Below the pieces are notes generated by a model. The model did no database searches. It had not been told where the DNA came from and saw only the letters and a list, made by a program, of their open reading frames with translations. From an uncultured Spirochaetota bacterium (lineage in GTDB: Bacteria > Spirochaetota > UBA4802 > UBA5550), in assembly GCA_963827275.1 (NCBI GenBank), contig CAWHAA010000004.1, positions 608,001 to 672,000 on the forward strand: a DNA stretch of 64,000 nt. Direction: 5' to 3'. This document shows, piece by piece, positions 53,822 through 63,182 of the stretch (position 1 is its first letter; every line of letters starts with the position of its first letter). Position numbers and translations under genes: made by a program.

Positions 53822-54859
53822 CTAAATTCCCTGGCAGTGAGCCGGTTCCCGGCAACATTTTTCTTCAACAACACTGTTCTTTTCAACCCGGAAGCGCCTG
53901 ATTGCTTCTTCTGGATTCCGGCTGAAGTAGTCCTCAACAATGCGCTTGATAGGCTCTATTGTCTTCTCCCTGCGGATGTTTGTGAATAGCTCATGTCCGT
54001 ACCGCGCATTCCTTGTGAAATAAGCGCAGAAGCGATGGCTCCTGCTCTGGTGGAGGCGCTCAGGAAGATATTCCTGCATATATCCGAGCGTTTTCAGGAA
54101 AATACTGCATATGTCCACATCATGAGAGGAAGTCCCGCCGTTCATGAGATCGTCGATAAGGCTGAATATCCAGGGCGATTTCACCGCTTCCCTGCCGATC
54201 ATGATGCCGTCGCACCCGGTTTCATTCATTTTTGTCAGCGCTGATCCCGGCGTGTCGATATCGCCGTTGCCGATCACCGGAATTGATAGCCGGCTTTTGG
54301 CAAGGGCGATCAACCGCCAGTCGGCTGTTCTCCTGAAGCCGAGTTTTGCATACCGGGGGTGGAGCGCAATGAAGTCAACGCCTTCGTTTTCAAGCATGCT
54401 GATGAAGTCGAGAAATTTCTGTTCGTGATAGTTATCGTATCCGGACCGCATTTTGACAGAGAGGCGCGCCCGTGTCGCATCGCGGCATGATCTGACGATA
54501 GCACGCGCTTTATCGATATCGGTCAGGAGTCTTGCGCCCTGTCCTTTCTTTACTATTTCGTGGTTGGGGCACCCCATATTGATGTCCACGCCGTAGCAGC
54601 CGGTTTCAGAAAGTATCGCGCAGGCATCCGCCATTACTGAGGGGTCTCCGCCAACGATCTGATATATCAGCGGATGGTCAAAATCACGCATCGTGACAAG
54701 CGGCTCATTGTGGGGCGCTCCTGCGGCAATGGCCCCGGCGCTGAGCATCTCTGAGTAAAGAATAGTCCGCGGACAAAGGTCTTTAATAATATGCCGCAGC
54801 GCGGGCGTTGAGGTTTCTGCCATGGGGGCAAGAAACAGTTTTCCAGGAAGAGCGCTCAT
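53822..54859 (-). CDS. tRNA-dihydrouridine synthase family protein
   Basis: 'LAPMA', 'DINMGCP', 'VIGNGDI', 'GIMIGR'. Confidence 0.93.
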   Translation of the reverse strand: MSALPGKLFLAPMAETSTPALRHIIKDLCPRTILYSEMLSAGAIAAGAPHNEPLVTMRDFDHPLIYQIVGGDPSVMADACAILSETGCYGVDINMGCPNHEIVKKGQGARLLTDIDKARAIVRSCRDATRARLSVKMRSGYDNYHEQKFLDFISMLENEGVDFIALHPRYAKLGFRRTADWRLIALAKSRLSIPVIGNGDIDTPGSALTKMNETGCDGIMIGREAVKSPWIFSLIDDLMNGGTSSHDVDICSIFLKTLGYMQEYLPERLHQSRSHRFCAYFTRNARYGHELFTNIRREKTIEPIKRIVEDYFSRNPEEAIRRFRVEKNSVVEEKCCREPAHCQGI

Positions 54860-54988
54860 ATCCTTTATTATATGAGCGAGTGGGGAATTGTCAATTTGAT
54901 TTTATTTTACTGATGTATAGTGAAAATATTTAATCATCTATCTCTGTAAATCGTATATAGAGCGAAACTGATTTCAGGAGGTAGTTAT

Positions 54989-55471
54989 ATGTGTGTTGAT
55001 ACGACAATCATTATAAATTTCATATTGCTGGATAGAATTGCCCATGCATCATATATGTCCGGCATATCGAAAAATCATCTGATTTCTTCATTGATGAGAA
55101 GGCTTTCCGATGATCATAAAACACTGGTGAGATCCTGGACAAGGGTCCGGTATCAGGAAAGGGAACCAGACAGGAACTGGTGCCGCATGCATCTGTCTCT
55201 CAGGCCGGATGAGTATGAGTTTTTTCTTGATATGAGGAAGGCTTTTAAATGTTCCGTGTCGTGCCTCGTAGCGTATGCTATAGAGAAATATCTTGATCAA
55301 ATTATAAATAAGATTCGCCAAGATCCCGATAACTATAGATATAAAAACTATATGATATTTCGAATTATCATTGATGACGTAATTTGCTGGATGTATTATT
55401 GGGGTATACCAAGAACCCTCATCTCCAATCCGCAAAAATTTATCACTCAATTCGGATTACATATTACTTGA
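54989..55471 (+). CDS. DUF1564-like protein, putative tandem ribbon-helix-helix DNA-binding protein
   Basis: AGGAGG RBS; AT-rich; two beta-alpha-alpha-like segments ('DTTIIINFILLDRIAHASYMSGISKNHLISSLM' and 'MHLSLRPDEYEFFLDMRKAFKCSVSCLVAYAIEKY'); family call from recall. Confidence 0.55.
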   Translation: MCVDTTIIINFILLDRIAHASYMSGISKNHLISSLMRRLSDDHKTLVRSWTRVRYQEREPDRNWCRMHLSLRPDEYEFFLDMRKAFKCSVSCLVAYAIEKYLDQIINKIRQDPDNYRYKNYMIFRIIIDDVICWMYYWGIPRTLISNPQKFITQFGLHIT

Positions 55472-55524
55472 CGACAGGTATATCATCTATAAATACGATA
55501 ACAATCGTAATCAAGGAGCATAAC

Positions 55525-56859
55525 GTGGAGTTGAAACGGAATATTGGACTGATAACAGCGATGATGATCATAGTCGCCGATGTTATCGGGACCGGGATTT
55601 TCATGACTACCGGCGAGGTCCTCGGCATGACGGGCAGCGCGCTTTCAGTACTGGTTTTATTCGGAGTGGGAGGGCTCATTGCCCTGACCGGATCACTCTG
55701 TTATGCCGAGATGGCCACCATGTGGCCGGAAGATGGCGGAGAATATGTATATCTGAAAAAAATATATGGGCCACTTCCTTCATTCCTGAGCGGGTGGATA
55801 TCACTTATCATCGGTTTTTCACTGGCGGCGGCCATGTCGTCAATCACTGCGGTGAACTATATCAACAAGCTCTCGGCCGGCGGGCTAATATCCGGCTTCT
55901 GGCTCCCGAAATTAATCGCCGCAAGCATCATCGTATTTTTCAGTATTATTCATGTCATAGGCGTTCAGAAGGGAAGTGCAATCCAGAACATTTTGACTAT
56001 TGTAAAGCTGCTCGTGGTTTTTTTATTCATCGCTATGGGCTTTTATTTCGTGGATTGGATCCAGGCAGGCAGGCTGACTGCCATATACCCTGTCGATGAG
56101 GGATCGTCCATTTTGAAGTGGGGATCAGCGCTTATCATAATCATGTACGCCTATTCGGGATGGAACGGTACTACCTATATCGCCGGGGAGATCAGAAACC
56201 CCGACAGGAATCTGCCGCGTGCCCTCTTTTTTGGCACCCTGCTGATAACTATCATCTACATGGCGATGAACCTCGTTTACCTGATGTCTGCAACGGGACA
56301 GGATATCATGACGGAGGGGAAATACACCATCGGGGCGCTGGCTGCAAAGAATCTTTTCGGCCCCTCCATCGGGCCCATATTTGACGCATGTATAGTTATC
56401 GTCCTCCTTTCTTCTGTTTCGGTGCAGATGATGATAGGGCCGCGGGTAACCTATGCGATGGCGAAAGACCGGACAATATTCAGCTCTCTCGAGCGGATAA
56501 ACCAGCGCTTCCAGACGCCGGACCTCGCAATCATCGTACAGATGGCGATTGCCGTGTTTTACGTGTTCATCGGTTTCGATGCTATTTTAAAAATGCTTAT
56601 TTACATGGGGTTCGCCTTGAGCATATTCCCGCTCGTTACAGTCATCGGGATGGTGTACCTCAGGCTTAAAAAGCCGGAGCTTAACAGGCCATTCAGGGTC
56701 CCGTTGTTTCCGATTATTCCTATGATATATATTCTGCTGATGCTCGGTGTTATTGTTACTACACTTATTGAAAAGACGATCCCTTCGCTCTTTGCGATTG
56801 GTGCCGTGGTACTGGGGGTCGTGATATATTTTATCCGTGAAAAAATGAAAAGGACATGA
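55525..56859 (+). CDS. APC-family amino acid permease
   Basis: 'VIGTGIF', 'CYAEMATMWPEDGGEYVYL', 'YAYSGW', 'GEIRNPDRNLPRA'. Confidence 0.95.
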   Translation: MELKRNIGLITAMMIIVADVIGTGIFMTTGEVLGMTGSALSVLVLFGVGGLIALTGSLCYAEMATMWPEDGGEYVYLKKIYGPLPSFLSGWISLIIGFSLAAAMSSITAVNYINKLSAGGLISGFWLPKLIAASIIVFFSIIHVIGVQKGSAIQNILTIVKLLVVFLFIAMGFYFVDWIQAGRLTAIYPVDEGSSILKWGSALIIIMYAYSGWNGTTYIAGEIRNPDRNLPRALFFGTLLITIIYMAMNLVYLMSATGQDIMTEGKYTIGALAAKNLFGPSIGPIFDACIVIVLLSSVSVQMMIGPRVTYAMAKDRTIFSSLERINQRFQTPDLAIIVQMAIAVFYVFIGFDAILKMLIYMGFALSIFPLVTVIGMVYLRLKKPELNRPFRVPLFPIIPMIYILLMLGVIVTTLIEKTIPSLFAIGAVVLGVVIYFIREKMKRT

Positions 56860-56902
56860 TAGGGAAGGACGATAGTTATCCGGCTCTATTCATGAATTGT
56901 AA

Positions 56903-56932
56903 AATGAAAGCCCCCATCCGGGGGCTTTCATT
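56903..56932. terminator. Bidirectional terminator between convergent genes
   Basis: aatgaaagccccc-atcc-gggggctttcatt. Confidence 0.8.
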
Positions 56933-56940
56933 ACTATGAA

Positions 56941-58104
56941 TTATTTTATTTTTTCAGCCGTCATCAGGTTTGACTGCCCCTGCTTGTACACGTAGCCGTA
57001 GCTGAAGGGGAGCCTGCCCGTCGATTTTGCGTCCATCTCCTTTTTTAAATCGTTCTGCATGCGGTTCGCGAACAGGCCGATCGGCCCGTTGTAGTAGCCG
57101 TGAAAGGCGAGCTTCCATTCACCGGGCTTGAAGTACCTGAGCGGGATCCCCGAATCATCCTGGACGAGGTACTTTATTGAATCGAGTATGGCTGTCCGTA
57201 TCTTCGTGAATTTTATCTCGTCGTTGTGCATGAGGTATGAGGCGGATTTCAGAATGACCGCATAGGGCCCGTTCTTCTTTATATACGGGACGAAATTGGG
57301 CGACGAGGCGGTCAGTGCGTTGTCGATGACGTTCAGCATGAAATACCGCACGGTCTGCTTTTTCCCGTTCGCTTTCCTGAATGCTATCTCCACGCCGGGA
57401 ACGCGGGATTTCGGAGGATTCTGCCAGTCGATCCGGTCGTCGGACGGCGTGCCTGCCGCAACCTCGCTTTTTTCGTTGATAACGATCTTGCTCGCGTCAA
57501 GGATCTCGTAGCCGTTCGTGGAGAGGAAATACATGATGATGCCCGCGATGCTGTTGAACGAGTTATTGCTCATCTCTGCGGCCATGCCCTCGGTCTTGAA
57601 GAAATTCATGTGCAGAATATCGCCGAGCGAGCCCCTGAGACCGTTCAACCCCCTGTTGATCTGGTCGGCGGTCATGGAATGGGGGTCCGGTATGATCCCC
57701 GGCGGCTCGAGCCCGAACATGATATAGTTATCGCCGTCCGGGAAAAAGGTAAGGGCATTCATGATGTCGGGACCGCTGAAGGGGTACAGGACGGCGTCCG
57801 GGCAACGCGACGGCCGGTATCCGGTCCACCAATCGCGTATCTTCTGGATATTCGGCTGCTGCAGCTTGTTCCATGACGATTCCATCTGCTGGCGGTATGT
57901 TTTGTAAAATGCCGATTCGGTGTAGTGGAAAAGCTTCGATCCCTTCGGAAGGTCTTTCCCCGCGAACAGGAGCGCCGCTTCATTGAGCTTTGACGGAGCG
58001 CCGCTTTTTGCGAACCCGCTGTCCTGCTGCCCGCAGTTGGTGAAAGAAACAAGCAGGATGAGGCCTGTTATCATCATGACGGTTTTTGGGGGTATTCTTT
58101 TCAT
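56941..58104 (-). CDS. Conserved hypothetical lipoprotein
   Basis: Lipobox-like 'SFTNC'; motifs 'LYPFSGPD', 'KSASYLMH', 'QDDSGIP', 'LPFSYGY'. Confidence 0.75.
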   Translation of the reverse strand: MKRIPPKTVMMITGLILLVSFTNCGQQDSGFAKSGAPSKLNEAALLFAGKDLPKGSKLFHYTESAFYKTYRQQMESSWNKLQQPNIQKIRDWWTGYRPSRCPDAVLYPFSGPDIMNALTFFPDGDNYIMFGLEPPGIIPDPHSMTADQINRGLNGLRGSLGDILHMNFFKTEGMAAEMSNNSFNSIAGIIMYFLSTNGYEILDASKIVINEKSEVAAGTPSDDRIDWQNPPKSRVPGVEIAFRKANGKKQTVRYFMLNVIDNALTASSPNFVPYIKKNGPYAVILKSASYLMHNDEIKFTKIRTAILDSIKYLVQDDSGIPLRYFKPGEWKLAFHGYYNGPIGLFANRMQNDLKKEMDAKSTGRLPFSYGYVYKQGQSNLMTAEKIK

Positions 58105-58321
58105 GCATGGTCTCCACGAATACGTGATGGCGCCGGTGTCCGGCTCTGGGAATATAGGTTCCATGAAGCGGAGCTGTCAAGCTTTTATGCCGGGATGGTA
58201 TATTTTTCTTGACTAAAATCAATTGAGCGCCCAGCGTGTTGCGTAAGATCGTACTTTCCCGCACGGAAATTTTTGCGGGGCGTCTGTCTTTGAATCATAC
58301 TTCGGATTGTCGGAAGGCGGC

Positions 58322-58825
58322 ATGACCAGAAAATACGGAACGATGATACTTTTCTGCGCAATGGCGGCGGGCCTGTTGCTTGCCGGGTGCGCAAAGGTCC
58401 CCGGGAAACTACTATCACCGACCCTGAGGATTGAGCCGGTCCCGGGAAACAACACGCCCATGTACAAGCTGATGCTCTCCACCGGCATGCAGAATGAAAA
58501 CGATGATGTCGTATTCCTTAACATGAAGGGCAACGTATTCTTTAAGGATACGGGGAAGACGGGCGCTCGCGTCCTTACCGTGCCGTTTGAGCTTCCGGTC
58601 CTGCTTCCCTTCGACACCGGCATCATTGAAATCGAGAAGATCTATCCCGAGGCGGAGATCATGCCGCTGGTCCGCTTCCTCGGTTCGGACAGGGATAAGC
58701 TGGCAAGTGAGAAGGCCCTGGAGCGGTCATTCGCGGATGATGATGCTATCGGTTTTGAGTTAACCGGGTACGAGAAAAAAAATATCCTGGATGTGCTCAA
58801 GGATAAAGTGAATGAAAAAAATTAA
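58322..58825 (+). CDS. Hypothetical lipoprotein
   Basis: 'LLAGC' lipobox. Confidence 0.7.
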   Translation: MTRKYGTMILFCAMAAGLLLAGCAKVPGKLLSPTLRIEPVPGNNTPMYKLMLSTGMQNENDDVVFLNMKGNVFFKDTGKTGARVLTVPFELPVLLPFDTGIIEIEKIYPEAEIMPLVRFLGSDRDKLASEKALERSFADDDAIGFELTGYEKKNILDVLKDKVNEKN

Positions 58826-59249
58826 TGACAGCAAAATATATCTCACGCTTGCACTGGTGACCCTGGTAGTGGGCATCGTCCTGGGGGCCGTGTCGTTTTA
58901 TTCCATCCTCGTGGTAGAGCCAAAGGTGGAACGGCTGCTTGCCGACCGGAGCGCTATCGATGCGAACCACAAGCAGGCCTACCTCCTGCTCCGGGATCCC
59001 CAGGTGTTCGCGGGGTACGGCTATTTTGACGCCGAGGGAATCTCAGTAAGGAATTCGCTGGCTTTTTTCGACAAGCGGATATACTCGGGCGAAGAGATCG
59101 ATGCCACCCGCACCGCGTACCTCGACCTTCTGCTTGACCGGCGTAAAAAAGGATCGGTACTCGGAAGAAATACCATGGTCTTTTTCCTTCTCCTGTCGCT
59201 GGTGTTTTTGGCGCTCGCATATCAGGAAAGAAGGTCTGCCGGCGCGTAG
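58812..59249 (+). CDS. Hypothetical 2-TM membrane protein
   Basis: Overlaps the upstream gene; N- and C-terminal TMs. Confidence 0.7.
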   Translation: MKKINDSKIYLTLALVTLVVGIVLGAVSFYSILVVEPKVERLLADRSAIDANHKQAYLLLRDPQVFAGYGYFDAEGISVRNSLAFFDKRIYSGEEIDATRTAYLDLLLDRRKKGSVLGRNTMVFFLLLSLVFLALAYQERRSAGA

Positions 59250-59403
59250 GCCCCCTTGAATTTTGCTCTTGACAATGCTTTTACGTTAAAATCATACTTT
59301 TTTATTGCTTCGGCATGATGGGTGCCATGCGGGTCTAATATGTCCTGTTGCGCCGGGCGGCATGCGCCTCCCGCACTATATACTGATGATGTAGCGTATA
59401 ATA

Positions 59404-60502
59404 ATGAAAAAAAAGATAATGGTCATCGATGACGAGGAGCCGATACGCAAGCTCCTGTCTGCGGATATTGAACGGCGCCGGGTATGACGTGGTCGCCGCC
59501 TCGAACGGAAGGGAGGCCCTTGAACGGCTCGAGGGCGTGTCCGTCGACCTTATCATGCTCGACATGAACATGCCGGAGATGGACGGCCTGAGCTTTCTCC
59601 GGAAGGTACGGCAGGGCGATATCACCCACGTGCCGGTCCTGATGGTGTCGGGAGAGGCAAACCCGGAAAATATCGTCGAGAGCTACAAGCTGGGCGTGTA
59701 CGATTTCATCCGCAAGCCCGAGCAGACGGAAGTGATGCTCAAGCGGGTGGAAAACGGCCTGAAAATCGGCGAAATGATCAATTTCAACGAGTTCATCAGG
59801 GTCGAGCTCCTGATGGCCAGGAAGCTCCAGAAGTACCTGTTCCCCGAGCCGGCGATCCATACCGAACGGGTGAAGATACATACCTGGTCCATGCCCCTCT
59901 CCGACATCGGCGGTGACCTCTATGACTATGTCATATTCCGTGACGACCGGACGATTTTTTTCGTCGCCGATGTATCCGGCCACAGTATTTCCGCGTCCCT
60001 CTATACGGCCATCGTGAAGATGGTGTTCCGCAATGCGCTGCAAAAAACCGTTGTCCCGGGCGAGCTCCTGTCAGTCATGAACAGGGAGCTGTCGGGCAAT
60101 CTGCCGGTTGAATCTTTCGTCACCGCTTTCTGCGGCCTTTTTGATCCCGCGGGCCGCGTCTTGAAATACTCCAACGGCGGCCATCCAAAGCCGTTCTGCC
60201 TTTCGGGCGATACGGTGGTCCAGCTTGAAGAAAACGATTCATTTCTCGGGCCCATCGTGGACGCGAAATACGAGACCCACACCCTCGATCTGCCGGAAGG
60301 GGCGAGCATTCTGGTCTATACCGACGGGATTCTTGACCTGATGAGCGACGAGGACAAGCCCGTCGGTCAGAAAATGCTTCTCGAGGTCCTGAACTCTCCG
60401 GGAACAACACCCCTGGAAAAATTCAGGATGATACAGAAACATGCCACCGGCCCCGATTTCGCGGTGGTGGACGACTGTACGCTCATGCTGCTTGATTTTT
60501 AG
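59404..60502 (+). CDS. Response regulator receiver plus SpoIIE/PP2C phosphatase (RsbU-like; frameshift near 59458)
   Basis: 'MKKKIMVIDDE', 'LDMNMPEMDG', 'IGGDLYD', 'ADVSGH', 'YTDG', 'DDCT'. Confidence 0.9.
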
Positions 60503-60507
60503 TTGAA

Positions 60508-60696
60508 TTATGCGGAAAAGGTGGGGTCTTTTTTGATCAGGATCTCCTTGATCTTCGCGTCCCCTGCCGAAAAGTAGATGATGGGCGATTCCATCAGCGA
60601 ATATTCATCAATCAATCGTATAAAATCCTCATCGCGCTTGAGATCGATGAGATCTATTTCCCTGAATTTTTTGTTCCCGATAAATATTGCTTTCAT
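60508..60696 (-). CDS. Small hypothetical protein
   Basis: 62-aa ORF with AGGA RBS. Confidence 0.5.
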   Translation of the reverse strand: MKAIFIGNKKFREIDLIDLKRDEDFIRLIDEYSLMESPIIYFSAGDAKIKEILIKKDPTFSA

Positions 60697-60996
60697 GTCA
60701 CATCCTATCCGGTTATTGAGGCAGCTTCACGGCATCGTTTCAGCAAGTCATCCGCCGGCACATAGAAAGGAAGAAATCAAGACATACTGGTCATTGTGAA
60801 TTCAGTTACATCATGCCGGTGTTGGTAAGTGTATAATCTATCGCAAGGGTACAACCATTAATTTATTTGTCCAGCATTTTTATCGTGAAATTTTTTTTAG
60901 AGATAAAATAATATCATAAAAAAAATATTTTGTTATGTCTGATTGGTCGGGCTGGAAATGCGTTCTGCCCGGTCAAGGAAATTTTAAAAAAATCTT

Positions 60997-61125
60997 TGGA
61001 CGAGCATCAATGCTTTCGCACTCGTCCAGCGGGGAGCGGGATAGGTGCGCGTGATCCTTCCGCCGGGTACTCTCCCGCCGCTCAGGGGCTGCGTTGCAGT
61101 TCATCGTCGCACCATCCTCCCCGAT
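60997..61125. ncRNA. Candidate structured RNA with terminator-like hairpin (unclassified)
   Basis: GC-rich island in AT-rich intergenic DNA; GGGGAG/CTCCCC and GGTGCG/CGCACC closing stems; tggacgag/ctcgtcca hairpin plus U-tract on the minus strand. Confidence 0.4.
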
Positions 61126-61226
61126 GAATCCATAATATTAAATTTGCGATTGACTTTTAAAAGTACGTTAATATAAATTGACCACAAATTTATGTCTGTT
61201 TAACTTCCCGGCAGGTTATTGGTAGC

Positions 61227-61925
61227 ATGAAATTCACAAGAAAAGGAGCTCCTGTTATTATAGGTATCGCCGTGATGCTGTCCGCCATACCGGGGGCGTA
61301 TGCATTCAAGTTCGATTTCACAACGGTGAGCGATATCGTCGACAATATCAAAAAGAATTTCGGCAAAATCGATTCGTACCAGGCTAATTTCAGCATCCTG
61401 TCTGAGAAAACAGGCAAAACGACCCGCCAGACCGGCACCATCAAGTACAAGGCCAATAACAAGCTCTCCATTGAATTCAGCCAGCCATACGGGCAGAAGA
61501 TCGTGTCCAACGGCAAGACCATGTGGATCTATATCCCGTCCATGAATGTTGTTGCCGAGCAGGACCTCGATCCCGAATCTGGGATCTTTACTGCGGGGAC
61601 GAAGAGCGGCCTGAACTGGCTCTTTTCGAAATATCATTACCGGTTCGCCTCCAAGGACCAGCCTGAGGTGCAGGATGACGGCACGAAGCGGTATACCCTC
61701 ATCCTCAAGCAGAAGGAGAGCCGGAGCGGCTACCGGAAGATGAAGCTGTGGGCGAACGAGCGCTATTTTATCGTCCGCGCCCAGGGCGAGACGTCAACCG
61801 GCAAGAAAGTGGACATCTCCTTTACCGATCTGAAAACAAATGTCGCAATGCCCAACGGCATATTCAAGCTGGACATACCGGCGCGGGCCCGCGTTATAAA
61901 AAATCCAATGATATCAGAGGAGTAA
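61227..61925 (+). CDS. lolA: Outer-membrane lipoprotein carrier protein LolA
   Basis: 'QKIVSNGKTMWIYIP..N.V'; lolA-rodZ-rimO synteny. Confidence 0.85.
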   Translation: MKFTRKGAPVIIGIAVMLSAIPGAYAFKFDFTTVSDIVDNIKKNFGKIDSYQANFSILSEKTGKTTRQTGTIKYKANNKLSIEFSQPYGQKIVSNGKTMWIYIPSMNVVAEQDLDPESGIFTAGTKSGLNWLFSKYHYRFASKDQPEVQDDGTKRYTLILKQKESRSGYRKMKLWANERYFIVRAQGETSTGKKVDISFTDLKTNVAMPNGIFKLDIPARARVIKNPMISEE

Positions 61926-61928
61926 CTA

Positions 61929-63059
61929 TTGGAAAGCATCGGTGAAAAATTACGTCAGGCGCGTGAGGCCAGAAAAATAACCATCCGGGACGTGGTAAAA
62001 GAGACCAATATAAGCCCGTTGTACCTCCAGGCACTGGAGGAGGAAAAATTTGACAAGTTCCCGAGTGAAACCTACCTCATCGGGTTTCTCCGCTCGTATG
62101 CCGAATTTTTAAGGCTCGATGTTGATGCAATCGTTCAATCTTACAAAGGATACAAGATAGGGGAGAGCGCGACCCCGCTCGAGGAGCTTACCAAGCCGAC
62201 CAGGTCTAATTTCAGCATGCTGGCGTCCTCATTCATGAACAAGAACCGGAGCGCCCTCATGATTGCCGGCATCGTTCTCGTGTCGATCCTGGTCATCTGG
62301 GGCATCAAGTCCCTGGTTTCGTCGGATATCGACGTGTCCGAGGGTGATTCCACGGATACTATTAAAGAAGAATATGTGAAAAACAAGGAACATGAGATAG
62401 AAAACCTCCGCAACCTGCAGCTTGCCAACAACAAGGGCTTCATCCTGGTTTACAAGAATGAAGCGGTCCAGTTCCTGGTCGAGAACAAGGAGGTGGTCTT
62501 TCTGCTGAAAGGGATTGAAGGAGAGACCGTCGCGCTTGAATTGCTCCCGGGCAAGAAGATCGTGAAGCTCAAGATGGAAGATCCCCGGACGCTTGCCATC
62601 GAGGGATGCCCTCGTGACGTGACCTTCACCCTCAAGGGGCTGACTGAAAACCGGGCCAAGATCATGGTATCATTGGGCGAGAAAAAGGAAGATGAAGCTG
62701 AAAAACTGGCGCAAGAAGATATGAGAACCGCGACGGCGGACAGCACCAGCGTGGAGGCCCAGAACCGTCAGAGCCTGAAAATTGTATTTGAAGCTGAATT
62801 TGTCCAGAAATCATTTATCGAGCTGTACCTTGACGGCGTCCGCAAGGTGCGCGGTTTCATTCCCCAGGGCCAGGTTGAGCGCTGGGAGGCGACCGAGTAT
62901 ATCCAGATCAAGATCGGTAACGCCGGGGGCATAAAAACCCGGATTAATGGGAAAGAGTTTACCTTCGGGGCCGCCGGGCAGGTCGCCAACAAGGTCATCA
63001 CCTGGAAGAAAGACGTAAAGAACCCGAACCTGTATCACATAGTGGTCAAGGACTGGTGA
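61929..63059 (+). CDS. rodZ: RodZ-like HTH-TM-DUF4115 protein
   Basis: 'IGEKLRQAREAR', 'YLIGFLRSYAEFL', 'KIGNAGGI...NGK'. Confidence 0.85.
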   Translation: MESIGEKLRQAREARKITIRDVVKETNISPLYLQALEEEKFDKFPSETYLIGFLRSYAEFLRLDVDAIVQSYKGYKIGESATPLEELTKPTRSNFSMLASSFMNKNRSALMIAGIVLVSILVIWGIKSLVSSDIDVSEGDSTDTIKEEYVKNKEHEIENLRNLQLANNKGFILVYKNEAVQFLVENKEVVFLLKGIEGETVALELLPGKKIVKLKMEDPRTLAIEGCPRDVTFTLKGLTENRAKIMVSLGEKKEDEAEKLAQEDMRTATADSTSVEAQNRQSLKIVFEAEFVQKSFIELYLDGVRKVRGFIPQGQVERWEATEYIQIKIGNAGGIKTRINGKEFTFGAAGQVANKVITWKKDVKNPNLYHIVVKDW

Positions 63060-63063
63060 CACT

Positions 63064-63164
63064 GGGGCGGGGTCACGTGACCCGGCCCCCGATTCGTGAT
63101 ATATTGTAATGCCCCCCGCCCCCCGAAGGGGGCGCACACTCCCCCCCGGCCCCCGGAGGGGGCG
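63064..63164. repeat. Degenerate REP palindrome plus two C/G-rich hairpin repeats
   Basis: ggggcggggtcacgtgacccggcccc at 63064-63089; CCCCCCG(C/G)CCCCCG(A/G)AGGGGGCG at about 63112 and 63142. Confidence 0.7.
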
Positions 63165-63182
63165 GTTTAAGGAAAAACCCCC

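Noticed and set aside
60997..61125. tRNA-Sec, SRP RNA, or TPP/glycine riboswitch
   Set aside because: No TTCGA T-loop or UCA anticodon arm, no CAGG..GGAA..AGCAG SRP motif, and only fragmentary riboswitch words. Kept as unclassified.
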